From contig JAYFMW010000005.1 of the NCBI GenBank assembly GCA_042408215.1, forward strand, positions 480,001 to 544,000: a stretch of 64,000 nucleotides of DNA, given 5' to 3'. Under the pieces are notes generated by a model that saw only the letters and a list, made by a program, of their open reading frames with translations, did not search any database and was not told the DNA's origin. This DNA comes from Microcoleus sp. Lineage in GTDB: Bacteria > Cyanobacteriota > Cyanobacteriia > Cyanobacteriales > Microcoleaceae. Of this stretch, positions 43,408 to 55,359 are shown one piece after another. Within the stretch, counting starts at the first letter, position 1. Each line of letters opens with the position of its first letter. Position numbers and translations under genes: made by a program.

Positions 43408-46400
43408 ATGAAAGCAGTTTTTAACTTAGCTGTACCTCCTACCTGCTTTAAGGTTTTGTTGGTTGAAGACAACGCTTATGAAGCAGAACTGATTGAAGAT
43501 TTGCTGTCAGGAATTACCGATCGCCAGCAGATAGCGTTGACGAAAGTAGAGCGCCTCAGTGAAGCGCTGCTGCGATTGAATCAAGAAACTTTTGACGTAA
43601 TTTTATTAGATCTTTCACTTCCAGACAGTCTGGGAATTGAGACAGTAGCTAGGGTGCAAGAGTACGGGGTAAATGTGCCGATTGTGGTGCTGACTGGTCA
43701 AAATGACGAAGCGCTCGCCCTGCGGTTAATCTCGGTGGGCGTACAGGATTATTTAGTAAAAAGAAAAATAGACAGCGAACTTTTAATGCGCTCGATCCGT
43801 TACGCGATCGAGCGCCAAAACAGCCAAGATGCTTTGCGAAAAAGTGAAGAAAAATATCGCTCCGTAGTTGAAAATTCTCTGATCGGAATTGCCATCATTG
43901 CCCCAATTATTGACCAGAAAATTCCTGAACATTGCAACTGGATAGAAGTTAACGATGCGTTGTGCCATTTGCTGGGCTACGAGCGCGATGAACTCATGCA
44001 AAAAAACAGGTTGGAGTTGACTCATCCAGAGGACTGTAGCAATAACATTGAACAATTATCTCAAATTTTAGCAGGTACGAGCGACGGGTACATCTCAGAC
44101 AAAAGGTGGCTGCGAAAAGACGGCGAAATAGTTTACACGCGAGTTTCTCTGCGCTGCATTCGTCGTCGGGATGGAGCGATCGATCGGATGATTAAAGTAG
44201 TGTTGGACGTGAGCGATCGCTACCGCTACGAATCCCAACTCAAAGCATCAGAGCAATTTTTAAACCACACGATCAATGTCATTCCCGACCCAATTTTTGT
44301 TAAAGACGAGCAACACCGCTGGATGATCTTAAATGATGCTTTTTGTCAGTTGCTTGGAAAACCGCGACAAGAACTCATCGGCAAATCAGATTATGACTTT
44401 TTCCCCAAATCAGAAGCCTCTGTTTTTTGGGAAAAAGATCGAGAAGTATTAACAACTGGCATCGCTGCGGAAATCGAAGAAAATTTTACCAACAGCCAAG
44501 GCAAAGAATATATTATATCCACAAAAAAAACTGTCTTTCAAAATACAGATGGGAGTAAAATATTAGTAGGTACTATTCGAGATATCACTGAATACAGACA
44601 CCAACAAATAGCCCTGGAAAAAAGCGAAGCTAGATTTCAAAAACTGGTAGCCAACCTGCCGGGAGCAATTTATCAATTACGAGTCTCAGCCAGCGGAGCA
44701 AAATCTTTTCCTTATGTATCTTCAGGCTGCCGCGAACTCTACGAATTAGAGCCTGAAGTAATAGAGGAAAATGCGGAACAGGTTTTCAGCAGAATTCATG
44801 CAGACGACATCTCAGACTTAGAAGAATCCATCGCAATTTCTGCCGCTACCATGCAGCCTTGGCAGCAGCAGTGGCGGTACGTCTTGCCATCAGGAAAAAT
44901 TAAGTGGCTGCAAGGAGCTTCGAGACCAGAAATGCTGAATAATCAGGCAAAAAATGGAAATCGAGCTGATATTGTCTGGGACGGTTTAGTGATGGATATT
45001 ACTGAATTGAAGCAGGCACAAACAGAGCGCGATCGCTTCTTTACCATCTCCTTAGACTTGCTTTGTATTATCGGTTTTGACGGTTATTTCAAACGCTTAA
45101 ATCCCGCTTGGTCAAATGCCCTTGGCTACAGCAGTGCTGAACTTTTTGCTAAGCCGATGCTGGAATTTGTTCATCCAGACGATCGAGAAGCCACCGCAGC
45201 GGAGAGCCAAAAGCTCATAGCCGGTAGGTCCAGTATCTGCTTTGAAAACCGCTATCTCTGCAAAGATGGTTCTTACAAATGCCTGCTGTGGACGGCATCG
45301 CCATTTAGTGAAGAAGGCTTAATCTACTCCGTCGGCCACGACATTACTTCCCGCAAACAAGCAGAGTCCACACTCCAGCGGCAAGCAGTAGCAATGGCCG
45401 CTGCTTATGACGGTATCGCCATCCTCAATGCTAGTGAAGAATATATTTATTTAAATCACGCTTATCTGAAAATGTATGGATTTTCTAATCCATCAGAATT
45501 GTTGGGTAAAAGCTGGAAAATCCTCTATCAAGCATCTGAATTTCAACAGTTTGAACAACAAATAATGCCTGCTATCCAGCAAAAAGGATACTGCAACATA
45601 GAAGCTACTGGCCAGCGCCGAGATGGTACTACTTTCCCTCAAGAACTGTCGATGACAATGCTTGCAGATGGCGAGATAATTTGTATTGTTCGCGATATTA
45701 CCGGCAGAAAACAAGCAGAGTCAGCGCTGCGAGCGAGCCAGCGCCGCTACCAAACTTTAGCAGAAGCATCGCCAGTTTGCATATTCCACACCGACGTATT
45801 TGGAAATTGCCTGTACGTCAATCAGCGGTGGAGCGAAATCACAGGAATGAGTTCAGAATTAGCAGCAGAAACAGGCTGGTTGAACGCGATATATCCAGAT
45901 GACACGGAGCGGGTGAAAGCTGAATGGTATCAGGCTGTAATTGACAAGATTCCTTTTAAGTCTGAATATCGCTTTCAGCGTCCAGATGGTACTGTAAGTT
46001 GGGTGATTGGTCAGGCCGTAGCAGAAGTCGGAGATGGTGATGAAATTAAAGGCTACATTGGTACTATTACTGATATTAGCGATCGCAAACAAGCAGAATT
46101 AGACCTACTGCGCGTTACTCAAGCCGTGGAAAGCACCAGCGATGCGATCGGGATTGCTGACTTGAAAGGGCGATCGATCTATCATAATCAAGCCTTTATT
46201 CAGCGGTACGGCTATACAGCAGCAGAACTCAACGCCGCCGGCGGAGCAATGGTCATCTACCCCAAAAATAAAGTGCTGGTAGAAATGTTGAAAACCATTC
46301 GCAAAGGCAAATCTTGGAAAGGCGAAATCAAAATCAAAACTCAAAGTAACGAACTGGTAACAACTTTATTTAGAGCCGACAGTATTAAAGATGCAACTGG

Positions 46401-48600
46401 CAATTTAATCGGGCTAGTCGGAGTAATTACCGACATCACCGAACGCAAAAAAGCCGACATGGCCCTGCTACGGCAATTAAAGCGAGAACGCCTGGTAGTT
46501 GCTATGCTCGATCGCATTCGCTCTTCTCTCAATTTAGAAGAAGTATTAACTACGGCGGTGGAAGAAGTGCGGCAATTTTTGCAAACAGACCGCACAGTTA
46601 TTTACCGCTTAAATCCCGATTGGAGTGGCGTGGTAGTTGTCGAGTCCGTTGCCCCACATCGGCGATCGCTGCGGAACTTAAACCTTGACGACCCCTGCTT
46701 TGGACAGCAGTTTGTTGCTCTTTACCAACAAGGTTGGATTCGAGCTGTAGAAGATATTTACAGTGCCAATCTCAGTGAATGTCACATGGATTTTCTCAAC
46801 AAATTTGAAGTAAAAGCCAACTTAGTAGTTCCGATTTTACAAGCAAAAGAAAACATTGAGAATCCTCTATCGATCGCAGAAAATCCGCTCTGGGGACTGC
46901 TGATCGCCCACGATTGCAGCCATTCACGTTCTTGGGATTCCTCAGAAATCGAATCCCTCAGACAATTGTGCGTGCAATTGGCGATCGCCATCCAGCAATC
47001 GACACTATTTCAACAAGCACAAACCGAAATAGCCGATCGCAAACAAGCAGAATCCGCCCTCCAACAAGCCGTATTAGCCGCCGAAACCGCCAACCTGGCA
47101 AAAAGCGAATTTCTCGCCAACATGAGCCACGAACTCCGCACACCTTTAAACGGCGTTTTAGGTTACGCTCAAATCCTCAAAACAGATAAAACTTTAAACC
47201 CCGATCACCAAGAAAGTCTCAGCAACATTCAACAGTGCGGTCAACACCTGCTGATGTTAATCAACGATGTTTTAGACCTCTCCAAAATCGAAGCTAGGAA
47301 AATGGAACTCTACCCCGCAGAGTTAAATTTTACTAACTTTATTAAAAACATTGCCAACCTCTTCCAGATGCGGGCTGCCCAAAAAGGCATTATTTTCTGT
47401 TACGAACAAGTCTCTTCCCTGCCTAACTACGTCTATGTCGATGAAAAAAGATTGCGCCAAGTGATCGTAAATTTACTCAGCAATGCCGTGAAATTTACTA
47501 ACAGCGGTGGAGTAACTTTCAAAGTCGGCTATGTCGGCACAGAAGCCTGGAGGCTGGGAGGAGAAAATTGTGAATTATCGATTTTGAGTGAGGAACTGAA
47601 ACAGAATTATCTGCGCTTCGCCCACAGCGCACTCGCAGCTAAACACACTCTCAAAATTCGTTTTCAAGTCGAAGATACTGGCATTGGAATAGAGCAAAAT
47701 AAGTTAGAAGAAATATTTTTTCCGTTCCACCAAGTAGCCGGCAATACATTTGTTGAAGGTACAGGCCTCGGACTTTCAATCAGCCGGAAATTAGCTAAAA
47801 TGATGGGTAGCGAAATTCACGTCAAAAGCACCTTGGGCCAAGGTAGCATTTTCTGGCTGGACTTAGAGTTTGCCGCACCCAAACGGTACTCGAAAGTGGC
47901 TCCTTTGCCGAAAAAACGCTGGGTTGTCGGGTTTGTCGGCAACAAGCGCAAAGTGCTGATCGTGGACGACTATCAAATAAATCGCGACTTATTACGCCGG
48001 CTGCTGGTGCGTTTGGGATTTGAAGTTGCAGAGGCCGAAAACGGTCAAGAATGCCTCTGCAAAGCAGTGGAATTTCAACCCGATTTGATTTTAATGGATT
48101 TGTTCATGCCTGTAATGGACGGCTTGGAAACTGCGAGGCGAGTGCGACAGTTGCCTGAATTAAAAGATGTGGTGTTAATTGCCCTGTCAGCTAGTGTTTC
48201 CGAGAACACGCAACAAGAGAGTCTGATCGCAGGCTACAATCATTTTCTCCCCAAGCCGATCGAAGCAAATCAGTTTTTGGAACAGTTGCGCGTGCATTTA
48301 GGACTAGAATGGATTTACGAGGAATGTTCCGATCGCCCAGAGCGTCCAGCTTCAAGTTTATCAGATGCTACTGATTTTCCGCCTTATGCTTCTCTGTCAC
48401 CTACGGCTTCTGAGTCGATCGCAATGCTGGTGAAACTCGCAGCTATGGGCGACATCGAAGGCATCTTTGATGAGAGTGCTAAACTTGAAAGTTTAGAACA
48501 CAAATTAGTGCCGTTTGTCAACCGCTTGCGCCAACTTGCTAAAGGATTTCAGCTTAAACAAATTCGGAATATTTTAAAGCAGTATATTGATGGTCATTAG
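43408..48600 (+). CDS. Multi-sensor hybrid histidine kinase REC-(PAS)x~7-CBCR GAF-HisKA-HATPase-REC
   Basis: Repeated D(I/V)(T/S).RK PAS ends; GAF with DPCF and [28 protein letters not shown]. Confidence 0.93.
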   Translation: MKAVFNLAVPPTCFKVLLVEDNAYEAELIEDLLSGITDRQQIALTKVERLSEALLRLNQETFDVILLDLSLPDSLGIETVARVQEYGVNVPIVVLTGQNDEALALRLISVGVQDYLVKRKIDSELLMRSIRYAIERQNSQDALRKSEEKYRSVVENSLIGIAIIAPIIDQKIPEHCNWIEVNDALCHLLGYERDELMQKNRLELTHPEDCSNNIEQLSQILAGTSDGYISDKRWLRKDGEIVYTRVSLRCIRRRDGAIDRMIKVVLDVSDRYRYESQLKASEQFLNHTINVIPDPIFVKDEQHRWMILNDAFCQLLGKPRQELIGKSDYDFFPKSEASVFWEKDREVLTTGIAAEIEENFTNSQGKEYIISTKKTVFQNTDGSKILVGTIRDITEYRHQQIALEKSEARFQKLVANLPGAIYQLRVSASGAKSFPYVSSGCRELYELEPEVIEENAEQVFSRIHADDISDLEESIAISAATMQPWQQQWRYVLPSGKIKWLQGASRPEMLNNQAKNGNRADIVWDGLVMDITELKQAQTERDRFFTISLDLLCIIGFDGYFKRLNPAWSNALGYSSAELFAKPMLEFVHPDDREATAAESQKLIAGRSSICFENRYLCKDGSYKCLLWTASPFSEEGLIYSVGHDITSRKQAESTLQRQAVAMAAAYDGIAILNASEEYIYLNHAYLKMYGFSNPSELLGKSWKILYQASEFQQFEQQIMPAIQQKGYCNIEATGQRRDGTTFPQELSMTMLADGEIICIVRDITGRKQAESALRASQRRYQTLAEASPVCIFHTDVFGNCLYVNQRWSEITGMSSELAAETGWLNAIYPDDTERVKAEWYQAVIDKIPFKSEYRFQRPDGTVSWVIGQAVAEVGDGDEIKGYIGTITDISDRKQAELDLLRVTQAVESTSDAIGIADLKGRSIYHNQAFIQRYGYTAAELNAAGGAMVIYPKNKVLVEMLKTIRKGKSWKGEIKIKTQSNELVTTLFRADSIKDATGNLIGLVGVITDITERKKADMALLRQLKRERLVVAMLDRIRSSLNLEEVLTTAVEEVRQFLQTDRTVIYRLNPDWSGVVVVESVAPHRRSLRNLNLDDPCFGQQFVALYQQGWIRAVEDIYSANLSECHMDFLNKFEVKANLVVPILQAKENIENPLSIAENPLWGLLIAHDCSHSRSWDSSEIESLRQLCVQLAIAIQQSTLFQQAQTEIADRKQAESALQQAVLAAETANLAKSEFLANMSHELRTPLNGVLGYAQILKTDKTLNPDHQESLSNIQQCGQHLLMLINDVLDLSKIEARKMELYPAELNFTNFIKNIANLFQMRAAQKGIIFCYEQVSSLPNYVYVDEKRLRQVIVNLLSNAVKFTNSGGVTFKVGYVGTEAWRLGGENCELSILSEELKQNYLRFAHSALAAKHTLKIRFQVEDTGIGIEQNKLEEIFFPFHQVAGNTFVEGTGLGLSISRKLAKMMGSEIHVKSTLGQGSIFWLDLEFAAPKRYSKVAPLPKKRWVVGFVGNKRKVLIVDDYQINRDLLRRLLVRLGFEVAEAENGQECLCKAVEFQPDLILMDLFMPVMDGLETARRVRQLPELKDVVLIALSASVSENTQQESLIAGYNHFLPKPIEANQFLEQLRVHLGLEWIYEECSDRPERPASSLSDATDFPPYASLSPTASESIAMLVKLAAMGDIEGIFDESAKLESLEHKLVPFVNRLRQLAKGFQLKQIRNILKQYIDGH

Positions 48601-48665
48601 TCATTAGTCATTAGTCATTAGTCATTAGTTATGAGTCATTAGTTATTAGTTATTGGTTATTGGTT
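48593..48665. repeat. STRR array (GTCATTA/GTTATTG)n
   Basis: Tandem heptamers overlapping the stops of both convergent genes. Confidence 0.85.
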
Positions 48666-49195
48666 GTCAGTTGCAATTCCCCGGCAAAAGATGGCACTGG
48701 CAATAACTGTTCCGGTTCGTCAAACACCTCAGTTGATTGAGTCGGTCGATCTACAAAAACCGACTGATCCTCTGGATCAATTAACCAACCCATTTGAGTT
48801 CCGTGTTTCAGGCAATGTAAAATAATTTTAGTAACTTTAGTTTGGCTTTGGTCGGGGGAGAGGATTTCACTTGTCCAATCCGGGGCGATCGCAAACACAT
48901 TTGCCACACCCCCATTTTCTTTACGGGGAATCCGCTCCCAAGTGAATACTGTCACGTCTGGAACGATCGCACGACCGCCAAAAATGCACCGTAGTTCTGG
49001 AAATGCTCGCGCCATCTTTTGAGGTTTGAGAACAGCATTAGCAGCGCTTGTCAGCTCGCCTTGAATGACACTGTGTTCTCCTTGAGGCATGGGTTTTTGA
49101 ATGATTTCACCGTCAATGTACTCCCTGGCGGGTTTGGTTTCGGGCAACTTCAGAAACTCTTCGAGTGTCAGAGATTTTGGCTGGGTTTGTACCAT
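48650..49195 (-). CDS. Uma2-family endonuclease
   Basis: LTLEEFL, EYIDG, VPDV, PDW.SEILSP, GWLIDP. Confidence 0.88.
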   Translation of the reverse strand: MVQTQPKSLTLEEFLKLPETKPAREYIDGEIIQKPMPQGEHSVIQGELTSAANAVLKPQKMARAFPELRCIFGGRAIVPDVTVFTWERIPRKENGGVANVFAIAPDWTSEILSPDQSQTKVTKIILHCLKHGTQMGWLIDPEDQSVFVDRPTQSTEVFDEPEQLLPVPSFAGELQLTTNNQ

Positions 49196-49201
49196 CCGAT
49201 T

Positions 49202-50620
49202 TTACCTGTGACATACTCCCACATCAACCTGAGTACAGGTATGATGTGGGCTTCTTGGCAGCCCGATGAAGGGTATGCAAGATTTCCTTCTGGTACGCTC
49301 ATCCATAGTTCCTACTACAGAAAGATTCCCGCTACGGCGTTTTATACTTGGGAAAATGTCCAACCCAAGTCTCTTTAAATTAATCGCGGCGTTGAGATCG
49401 CGGTCAACTATCAGAGAGTTTTGCTCATCCCAATAATCTCGGACACTGCAATCGGTGAAAATAATTTCATTCCGATAACTGAGAACCATTGAGGTATAAG
49501 CAGGTTTTTGTGGAACGACGACTGATCCAGCTTTTTCGGCTATGTATTCCAGCGTCTTGAAAAATTGACCGAACGCAGCATCGAGCCAAGACTTGTTTAA
49601 TCCTGATTTTGCTGATTGACCATTGGGAAGATAATTGCCTTCATCATCTTGCTTAACTTTATTTCGTTTAGTTAAGCTTTTTAAATTTAAATCTTCGTGA
49701 AAGAAGAACTTAGCTCCAGACCTGACAAGTTTGTGGGCCGTTTTGTAATGAAAGTCTTGGCGAGAACGCGCTATTTTTTGGTGTTGTCTCGCTTCTTTTT
49801 TGGCTAATTTCCGTCGGGACTTAGAGCCACGCTTCCGTTTGTTCCGCTTCTTTGAAATGCGGTCTAGCTTAGCTTGATTATTCCGAAGCGGTTTCAATGA
49901 AGGCAACTTTTCGCCTGACGACGTTGCTAGGTAGACAGCTTCGTGTAGTACCGCGTCTAACCCAATTGAGTTGTCCCAGTTTGGGGTAATTTTATCAGGA
50001 ATAAACTGCGGTACTGAAGCATCTTCAAGTATTATTTGGACGAACCAGCCGTCAGCCTTTCTAGTTACACTAATTTGCTTGACGGCAAACCCATCAGGGA
50101 TTGGACGGTGCATCCGAACTTTTACGATACCTAACTTTGGCAGTCGGATATAAGACCAACTCTTGCGAATTAACCTAATCCAGTCGCTGTTAGCCGTACA
50201 AAAAGTCATCGTTCGATAATCCGCTTCAGTCTTGAATCGGGGTTTACCCGATCTTCCACCCTTACTGTCTCCTATGATAAACCGCTCGAAAGCTTTGTCT
50301 ACTCGCTTAGAAATATCTTGCAGAACTGTTGAATCTACCTGCTTGAAGTCTAAAAGTTCGCCACTGTGGAAGACTTTTACCAAGTCTTTTTTGATGACTG
50401 GCAGTTGCTGCTTCTGGGAGTAGTAGTTGGGCTTTGCGCGGGGCGCAGAGATGCTAGTAACCAATGGACAAGCATTTATAGCAGTACGGTTTCTTTCCCA
50501 CCAATTAAATCTATCTCCCAATTGGCGGTTATACCAATAACGGCAAATTCTGAGCCATTGGTTAAGCGTTAGTTTTTGATTGGTGTCGGGATAGAATTGG
50601 TACTGGTAGGTTGCTTTCAT
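49202..50620 (-). CDS. tnpB: TnpB, canonical RuvC D-E-D, no CxxC zinc ribbon
   Basis: YQYQFYPD, IGLDA, FHEDLN, AFGQF, PAYTS, DRDLNAAIN. Confidence 0.93.
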   Translation of the reverse strand: MKATYQYQFYPDTNQKLTLNQWLRICRYWYNRQLGDRFNWWERNRTAINACPLVTSISAPRAKPNYYSQKQQLPVIKKDLVKVFHSGELLDFKQVDSTVLQDISKRVDKAFERFIIGDSKGGRSGKPRFKTEADYRTMTFCTANSDWIRLIRKSWSYIRLPKLGIVKVRMHRPIPDGFAVKQISVTRKADGWFVQIILEDASVPQFIPDKITPNWDNSIGLDAVLHEAVYLATSSGEKLPSLKPLRNNQAKLDRISKKRNKRKRGSKSRRKLAKKEARQHQKIARSRQDFHYKTAHKLVRSGAKFFFHEDLNLKSLTKRNKVKQDDEGNYLPNGQSAKSGLNKSWLDAAFGQFFKTLEYIAEKAGSVVVPQKPAYTSMVLSYRNEIIFTDCSVRDYWDEQNSLIVDRDLNAAINLKRLGLDIFPSIKRRSGNLSVVGTMDERTRRKSCIPFIGLPRSPHHTCTQVDVGVCHR

Positions 50621-51239
50621 TGCATCACAGGCGATACGCTTCAATTAGTGTTACTCGATCAGAGAAGACTGTTTAGTGTCAAGTATATGAGTAAAGATTT
50701 TATCCATAAAGCCAGAGGAGTTTCCGTTCTCAAGTGTCATTTAGTGTTGACAACCAAGTATCGGCGAAAAGTTCTGACCGATCCAATGTTGTCTAGGCTT
50801 GAGGAGATTCTCAAGAACTTGATGGAAAAATGGGAAGGAAGGCTGATAGAATTTAATGGTGAGCGTGACCACGTACACTTGTTACTTCAATACACACCGC
50901 AAACCCAACCAAGTAAGCCGATCAACAATCTTAAGACTGTATCTAGTCGTTATTTGCGGAAAGAGTTTGTAGATGAAGTTGAAAAAGTTTACTGGAAAGA
51001 TGTTTTTTGGACAAATGGCTATTTTATTGCGACCTGTGGCGGTGTGACGGTTGAGCAATTAAAGAAGTATATTGAGGAGCAAGATAGACCTGTAGAATAA
51101 GATTTGTTCGTCTCGTCATCCATCTGTCCACTGCTCAAAGCTATGCCTTGAGATTGTGTGCAGATGGAATCCTCGTCTCACGCGCCTTTCATCCCACACT
51201 AACCGAAGCGGTATAGTGTGGGGATTCCCGTCTGTTTAG
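49208..51239 (-). mobile_element. Complete IS605-type element with divergent tnpA and tnpB; predicted TAM TTAG
   Basis: Minus strand TTTAG|ctaaacagacgggaatccccacac (left-end hairpin) ... gaagcccacatca..tgatgtgggagtatGTCAC (right end). Confidence 0.85.
50687..51100 (+). CDS. tnpA: IS200/IS605 Y1 HUH transposase
   Basis: HLVLTTKYRR, DHVHLL, LKTVSSR, FW..GYF, KKYIEEQ. Confidence 0.95.
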   Translation: MSKDFIHKARGVSVLKCHLVLTTKYRRKVLTDPMLSRLEEILKNLMEKWEGRLIEFNGERDHVHLLLQYTPQTQPSKPINNLKTVSSRYLRKEFVDEVEKVYWKDVFWTNGYFIATCGGVTVEQLKKYIEEQDRPVE

Positions 51240-51489
51240 CTAAAATAGGATCTTCACCTGCTATTTTACCAAAAATTGCCCTCCTCGCGCGAGGGGTTGG
51301 TCTACTTAAGTAAATTCACTTAATTAAACCTAAGATACAGATGGCTAAAAAGCTTGCTATATGAGCATTATTCCTTCTTTTGATCCGCTCGCGAAGTCGA
51401 AGGGTCTTCTTTTTACCCGATCGCGAAGCCGAAGGGCGTTCTTCCTTCTTCCTTCTTCCTGAAGCGCTTGGGCCAGCGTAGTCGAAGGA

Positions 51490-51570
51490 CCTTCATCCTT
51501 CATCCTTGATCCTTCATCCTTCATCCTTGATCCTTGATCCTTCATCCTTCATCCTTCTTCCTTCTTCCTT
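51490..51570. repeat. STRR array (CCTTCAT/CCTTGAT)n
   Basis: Tandem heptamers. Confidence 0.85.
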
Positions 51571-51650
51571 CAACATCCGGCTATACCACCTTGCATCCTG
51601 CTGCTAATCTTGCTTCCATATATGAGAGACAGTTTTTGAGAGATTTGGGA

Positions 51651-53009
51651 TTGAAAATACTTTGCCTCAGCAACGGCCACGGAGAAGACGCGATCGCCCT
51701 TCGCATCTTACGGGAACTGCAACAGCACCCGCATCCACCAGAATTAGCCGTTTTTCCACTGGTGGGCGAAGGGCAAGCTTTCGCTCAACTCGAAAATGCC
51801 CGCGTCATCGGCCCGGTGCAGCGGATGCCTTCTGGCGGCTTTATCTACATGGACGGAAGAGAGTTTTTGCGCGACATCAAAGGCGGCCTGCTTCAGTTGA
51901 CAATAGCTCAATTTAAAGCCATCCGCGCTTGGGTGCGGACCCAAAAAGAGTCGGGAAATCAGAACGCCGTTATTTTAGCCTGCGGAGATATTGTGCCACT
52001 GCTGTTTGCTTGGCTGAGTGGCGCGCCCTATGCCTTTGTCGGTACCGCCAAGTCCGAGTATTATTTACGAGACGAAAACGGGCCTCTACCTCGCAAATCG
52101 CGGGGCATTAGTTGGGAAGGTTGGTCGGCCTCGGTTTATTGGCCTTGGGAGCGCTGGCTGATGACTAGAAGGCGCTGTCGCGCTGTTTTTCCGAGGGATG
52201 CCCTGACGACCGAGACTTTGGAAAAGTTCGGAATTCGGGCTTACAATCTGGGAAATCCGATGATGGACGAACTAGAACCGGAAAACCTAGCCCCCGGTTT
52301 TTACGGCGGTGACGCGGAGTTTCGGGAAATGGCTCGATCGCTCGTTATCACTTTGCTACCCGGTTCTAGAGCGCCGGAAGCTTACGCTAATTGGCCGCTA
52401 ATTCTAGAGGCTGTGGCGGCGATTTTGTCGAGTTTTGCCGATCGTTCATTGCTATTTTTAGGAGCAATTTCTCCCGAATTAAACTTAGAAGCTTTGCGAC
52501 CTATTGTAGAATCTTTCGGCTGGCGTCAAGACGGCGAAACTAGAACCCAGTGGCGAGAAGGAAGTATCTTGCGAGCCCCCATATCTAATGCCCAAGAAAT
52601 TCAGCCAGAATCTCCTAATTTCCGATTGCCTTTGACCTTTGTGCAGAGAAAGGCAACCATGATTTTGAGTCAGCACAGTTTTAAGGATTATTTGTACGAA
52701 GCCGATTTAGCCGTGGCGATGGCCGGCACCGCTACAGAACAATTTGTAGGTTTAGGAAAACCTGCGATCGCAATTCCCGGCACCGGCCCGCAATTTACTC
52801 CAGCTTTTGCCGAAGCTCAAAGTCGCCTCTTAGGGCCATCCTTAATTTTAGTTAAGCATCCCAGTGAAGTTGCCAGCGCCATGCAGTTGTTGTTACGCGA
52901 TCCCGACCGATTGCAGCTAATTGCTGAAAACGGCCAGCGCCGCATGGGAGAACCCGGTGCAGCGAGGCGGATTGCCGAGTGTTTAATTGAGCGATTTGCT
53001 GGTGGATAA
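51651..53009 (+). CDS. Lipid-A-disaccharide synthase-related GT-B protein
   Basis: LCLSNGHGED, MPSGGF, GTAKS, GNPMMD, LLPGSR, MAGTATEQ, GPQF. Confidence 0.85.
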   Translation: MKILCLSNGHGEDAIALRILRELQQHPHPPELAVFPLVGEGQAFAQLENARVIGPVQRMPSGGFIYMDGREFLRDIKGGLLQLTIAQFKAIRAWVRTQKESGNQNAVILACGDIVPLLFAWLSGAPYAFVGTAKSEYYLRDENGPLPRKSRGISWEGWSASVYWPWERWLMTRRRCRAVFPRDALTTETLEKFGIRAYNLGNPMMDELEPENLAPGFYGGDAEFREMARSLVITLLPGSRAPEAYANWPLILEAVAAILSSFADRSLLFLGAISPELNLEALRPIVESFGWRQDGETRTQWREGSILRAPISNAQEIQPESPNFRLPLTFVQRKATMILSQHSFKDYLYEADLAVAMAGTATEQFVGLGKPAIAIPGTGPQFTPAFAEAQSRLLGPSLILVKHPSEVASAMQLLLRDPDRLQLIAENGQRRMGEPGAARRIAECLIERFAGG

Positions 53010-53060
53010 TTATCGAATGTACGGGCTCTTCAGCCACTTTGAGATTTGAGATTTGAGATT

Positions 53061-53190
53061 TAGGACTGAGGCGAACTGGCACAGTACCATCGACTTGTAG
53101 GGTGCGTCAGAGTTTCATTATGAACGGATGATCGAGGGTTTGGGGAACTGACGCACCTTACTAATTGTGACACTTCCGCCTAAGTCATGA
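53061..53190. mobile_element. Degenerate MITE (TAGGACT...AGTCATGA) with internal GGTGCGTCAG/CTGACGCACC palindrome
   Basis: Imperfect terminal IRs and internal inverted arms. Confidence 0.55.
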
Positions 53191-53261
53191 GATTGTTTGT
53201 AGTCAGGACTTTAGTCCTCCCGTCACTCCGATCGAACCCTAAAGTCCTCACTACAAACTAT

Positions 53262-54011
53262 TTAGGAAATCTTCCAATCCGACTTAACCAAAACTCCCGG
53301 TTCTCGCTGAATTGGCAGCACATCTAAAATATCAATTTGCGCGCAATACTTCAAATCTTCAATAACTCCTAAACCGAGGAGTCTCTGGCCGTGACTGGCG
53401 CACTCCAGCAATTCATGCAATTGATTTTGCCACTGGAGATACAGCGCAATTGCTGCAAATACTTCATCGTTACCAGCAAAATCTATAGCAGGAATACCAC
53501 TTTCTGTCAAGAGGCTGTGGGCGATCGCCCCAGCACACACAGTATCTTCCAACGAGTAACTCCCCTCCCAGCCAGAACCAACTATCCCAATAGTTTCTGG
53601 CTGTTTATCTAACAAAAACTGCACAACTGCTTTACGATTAATTAAAGCTGCTGTTAAAACTGTTGGGCAAGCTTCCACTCTTTGCAGAGCACGAGTACCG
53701 TTAGTTGTACTAATGAAAATTCGCTTACCTTTGACCTTTTCCGGCGTGCAGTCGAAGGGGGAATTCCCCATGTCAAATCCGTCAACTTTGCCACCACCGC
53801 GCTCTCCGGCGCGAATCCGCTGGTCTGCGGGCCATTTTTCGCTCTCGGCCATCAGTTGCTCTAAGTCGCTGAAAACTTGGACAGCTTCCGCCCCATTGTT
53901 GAGAGCAGTTGCCATTGTCGTAGTCGCCCGCAGCACGTCAACCGCGATCGCACACACAGGCAAATTGTCCGTTGGGGTCAGTTCGGGAGTATGGTAAATA
54001 AAAAGCTTCAC
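53262..54011 (-). CDS. comB: 2-phosphosulfolactate phosphatase family protein
   Basis: [35 protein letters not shown]. Confidence 0.92.
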   Translation of the reverse strand: MKLFIYHTPELTPTDNLPVCAIAVDVLRATTTMATALNNGAEAVQVFSDLEQLMAESEKWPADQRIRAGERGGGKVDGFDMGNSPFDCTPEKVKGKRIFISTTNGTRALQRVEACPTVLTAALINRKAVVQFLLDKQPETIGIVGSGWEGSYSLEDTVCAGAIAHSLLTESGIPAIDFAGNDEVFAAIALYLQWQNQLHELLECASHGQRLLGLGVIEDLKYCAQIDILDVLPIQREPGVLVKSDWKIS

Positions 54012-54047
54012 TTTTGGGCCACCTGCAATAAATCCTCATAGGTAATA

Positions 54048-54356
54048 TTGACACTCCTCGGCATACAGGCCCGAGGATTCTTAAGACATTTCAGTCTTAA
54101 TATCCCTATTTCTAGGGTTCCCAGGCTGACCACGTTTGCACAAAAATGTGTGTAGTCATATCTCCTCAAAAGTGTTTTGGGCGTATACTTTCCCCCAGTC
54201 CAGGGGTAGGTTTTTACATCTTGTCTGATGCCTTTACTATACCACACACTGGTGGGTGCGTGGATATGTCTACCCAACTCCATGCGGATTTCTGACGGAG
54301 CACGAGTCGTAGAAAAAGCCGTCCTATAAGGACGGGGTTTTCAACCCAATTTTCCG
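54048..54356 (-). mobile_element. Non-coding IS200/IS605 derivative, same end family as 19816-20272
   Basis: Minus strand cggaaaattgggttgaaaaccccgtccttataggacggc ... agaatcctcgggcctgtatgccgaggagtgTCAA. Confidence 0.8.
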
Positions 54357-54450
54357 ATCGTAGAAATTGACACCCCTAAATAACTAAAGCCAACATCCGT
54401 TAAATCCGTTACATCCGTACACAATCCGTTGCCGAACTTCCTTCGCCTAT

Positions 54451-55344
54451 ATGTCAAAACAGCTCAATTCAAATCCCCCACGCGCCATCATCAGCGCCCC
54501 CATCGGACTTCTCGCAGGCTTCACCTATCCTTTTCGAGCTTTCACTCTACTTTGGCAAACTCCCAAGCTCTGGGGTTATGTACTGGTTCCAGTAGTGCTC
54601 AATTTGATAATTGGGATCGGTCTTTATTTGGGCTTGCTATTTCCGAGTTTGTCAGGAATAGACATTTTCGTTGCCGATTTATCCCTGCGTTTTAATACTT
54701 TAATCGCTAGTTTTCCAGCTTGGCTGAGTTTTCTCGCCGTCTTAACAGTCGCTTTCGGCTGGCTGCTGCGAATACTGCTAGTAGCGGGACTTTTGCTAAT
54801 AATTGGATTTTTGTTAGTGCAGTTTGGTGTGATTTTGGGTTCCCCTTGGTACGGCGAATTGTCGCAACAATTGGAACTCCTGCGGAATGGTCAATTACCA
54901 TCAGAAGCACCGATGAATTTGAGGAGTATTTTTCAGGATATCCAAAGGGCGATCGCCTTTGAATTGAGAAAATTACAAATTTTGTTGAGCTTCGGAATAC
55001 CGCTGCTATTGCTGAATTTTGTCCCTGGCTTCGGCTCTATTTTGGGAAGTTTAGGAGGGGTAGCTTTGGGAGCAACTCTTGTCTGTTTAGACTTTTTAGA
55101 TGCACCTTTGGAGAGGCGCAGGCGACCTTTTCAGGAGAAGTTAGAAATAATTCGGGGAAGTTTCCCCGCTAGCGCAAGTTTTGGTTTAGTTTGTTTGGGT
55201 TTGGTGAGTATTCCGCTGTTAAATCTGTTGGCTATTCCGCTATGTGTGACGGCGGGGACTTTGTTTTTTTGCGATCGCATTTGGCCCACTCGTTTTGCCC
55301 CACAGGAGCAAATTAGCGATCGAGAAACTAACATTGCTACTTAA
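54451..55344 (+). CDS. EI24/CysZ-family membrane protein
   Basis: Multi-TM, GSPWYGELS, LDFLDAPLERR. Confidence 0.85.
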   Translation: MSKQLNSNPPRAIISAPIGLLAGFTYPFRAFTLLWQTPKLWGYVLVPVVLNLIIGIGLYLGLLFPSLSGIDIFVADLSLRFNTLIASFPAWLSFLAVLTVAFGWLLRILLVAGLLLIIGFLLVQFGVILGSPWYGELSQQLELLRNGQLPSEAPMNLRSIFQDIQRAIAFELRKLQILLSFGIPLLLLNFVPGFGSILGSLGGVALGATLVCLDFLDAPLERRRRPFQEKLEIIRGSFPASASFGLVCLGLVSIPLLNLLAIPLCVTAGTLFFCDRIWPTRFAPQEQISDRETNIAT

Positions 55345-55359
55345 AAACTGTTACAAACA

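Noticed and set aside
51357..51650. Low-complexity ORF and N-terminal extension of the 51534 ORF
   Set aside because: Derived from STRR heptamers; family similarity starts at TTG 51651
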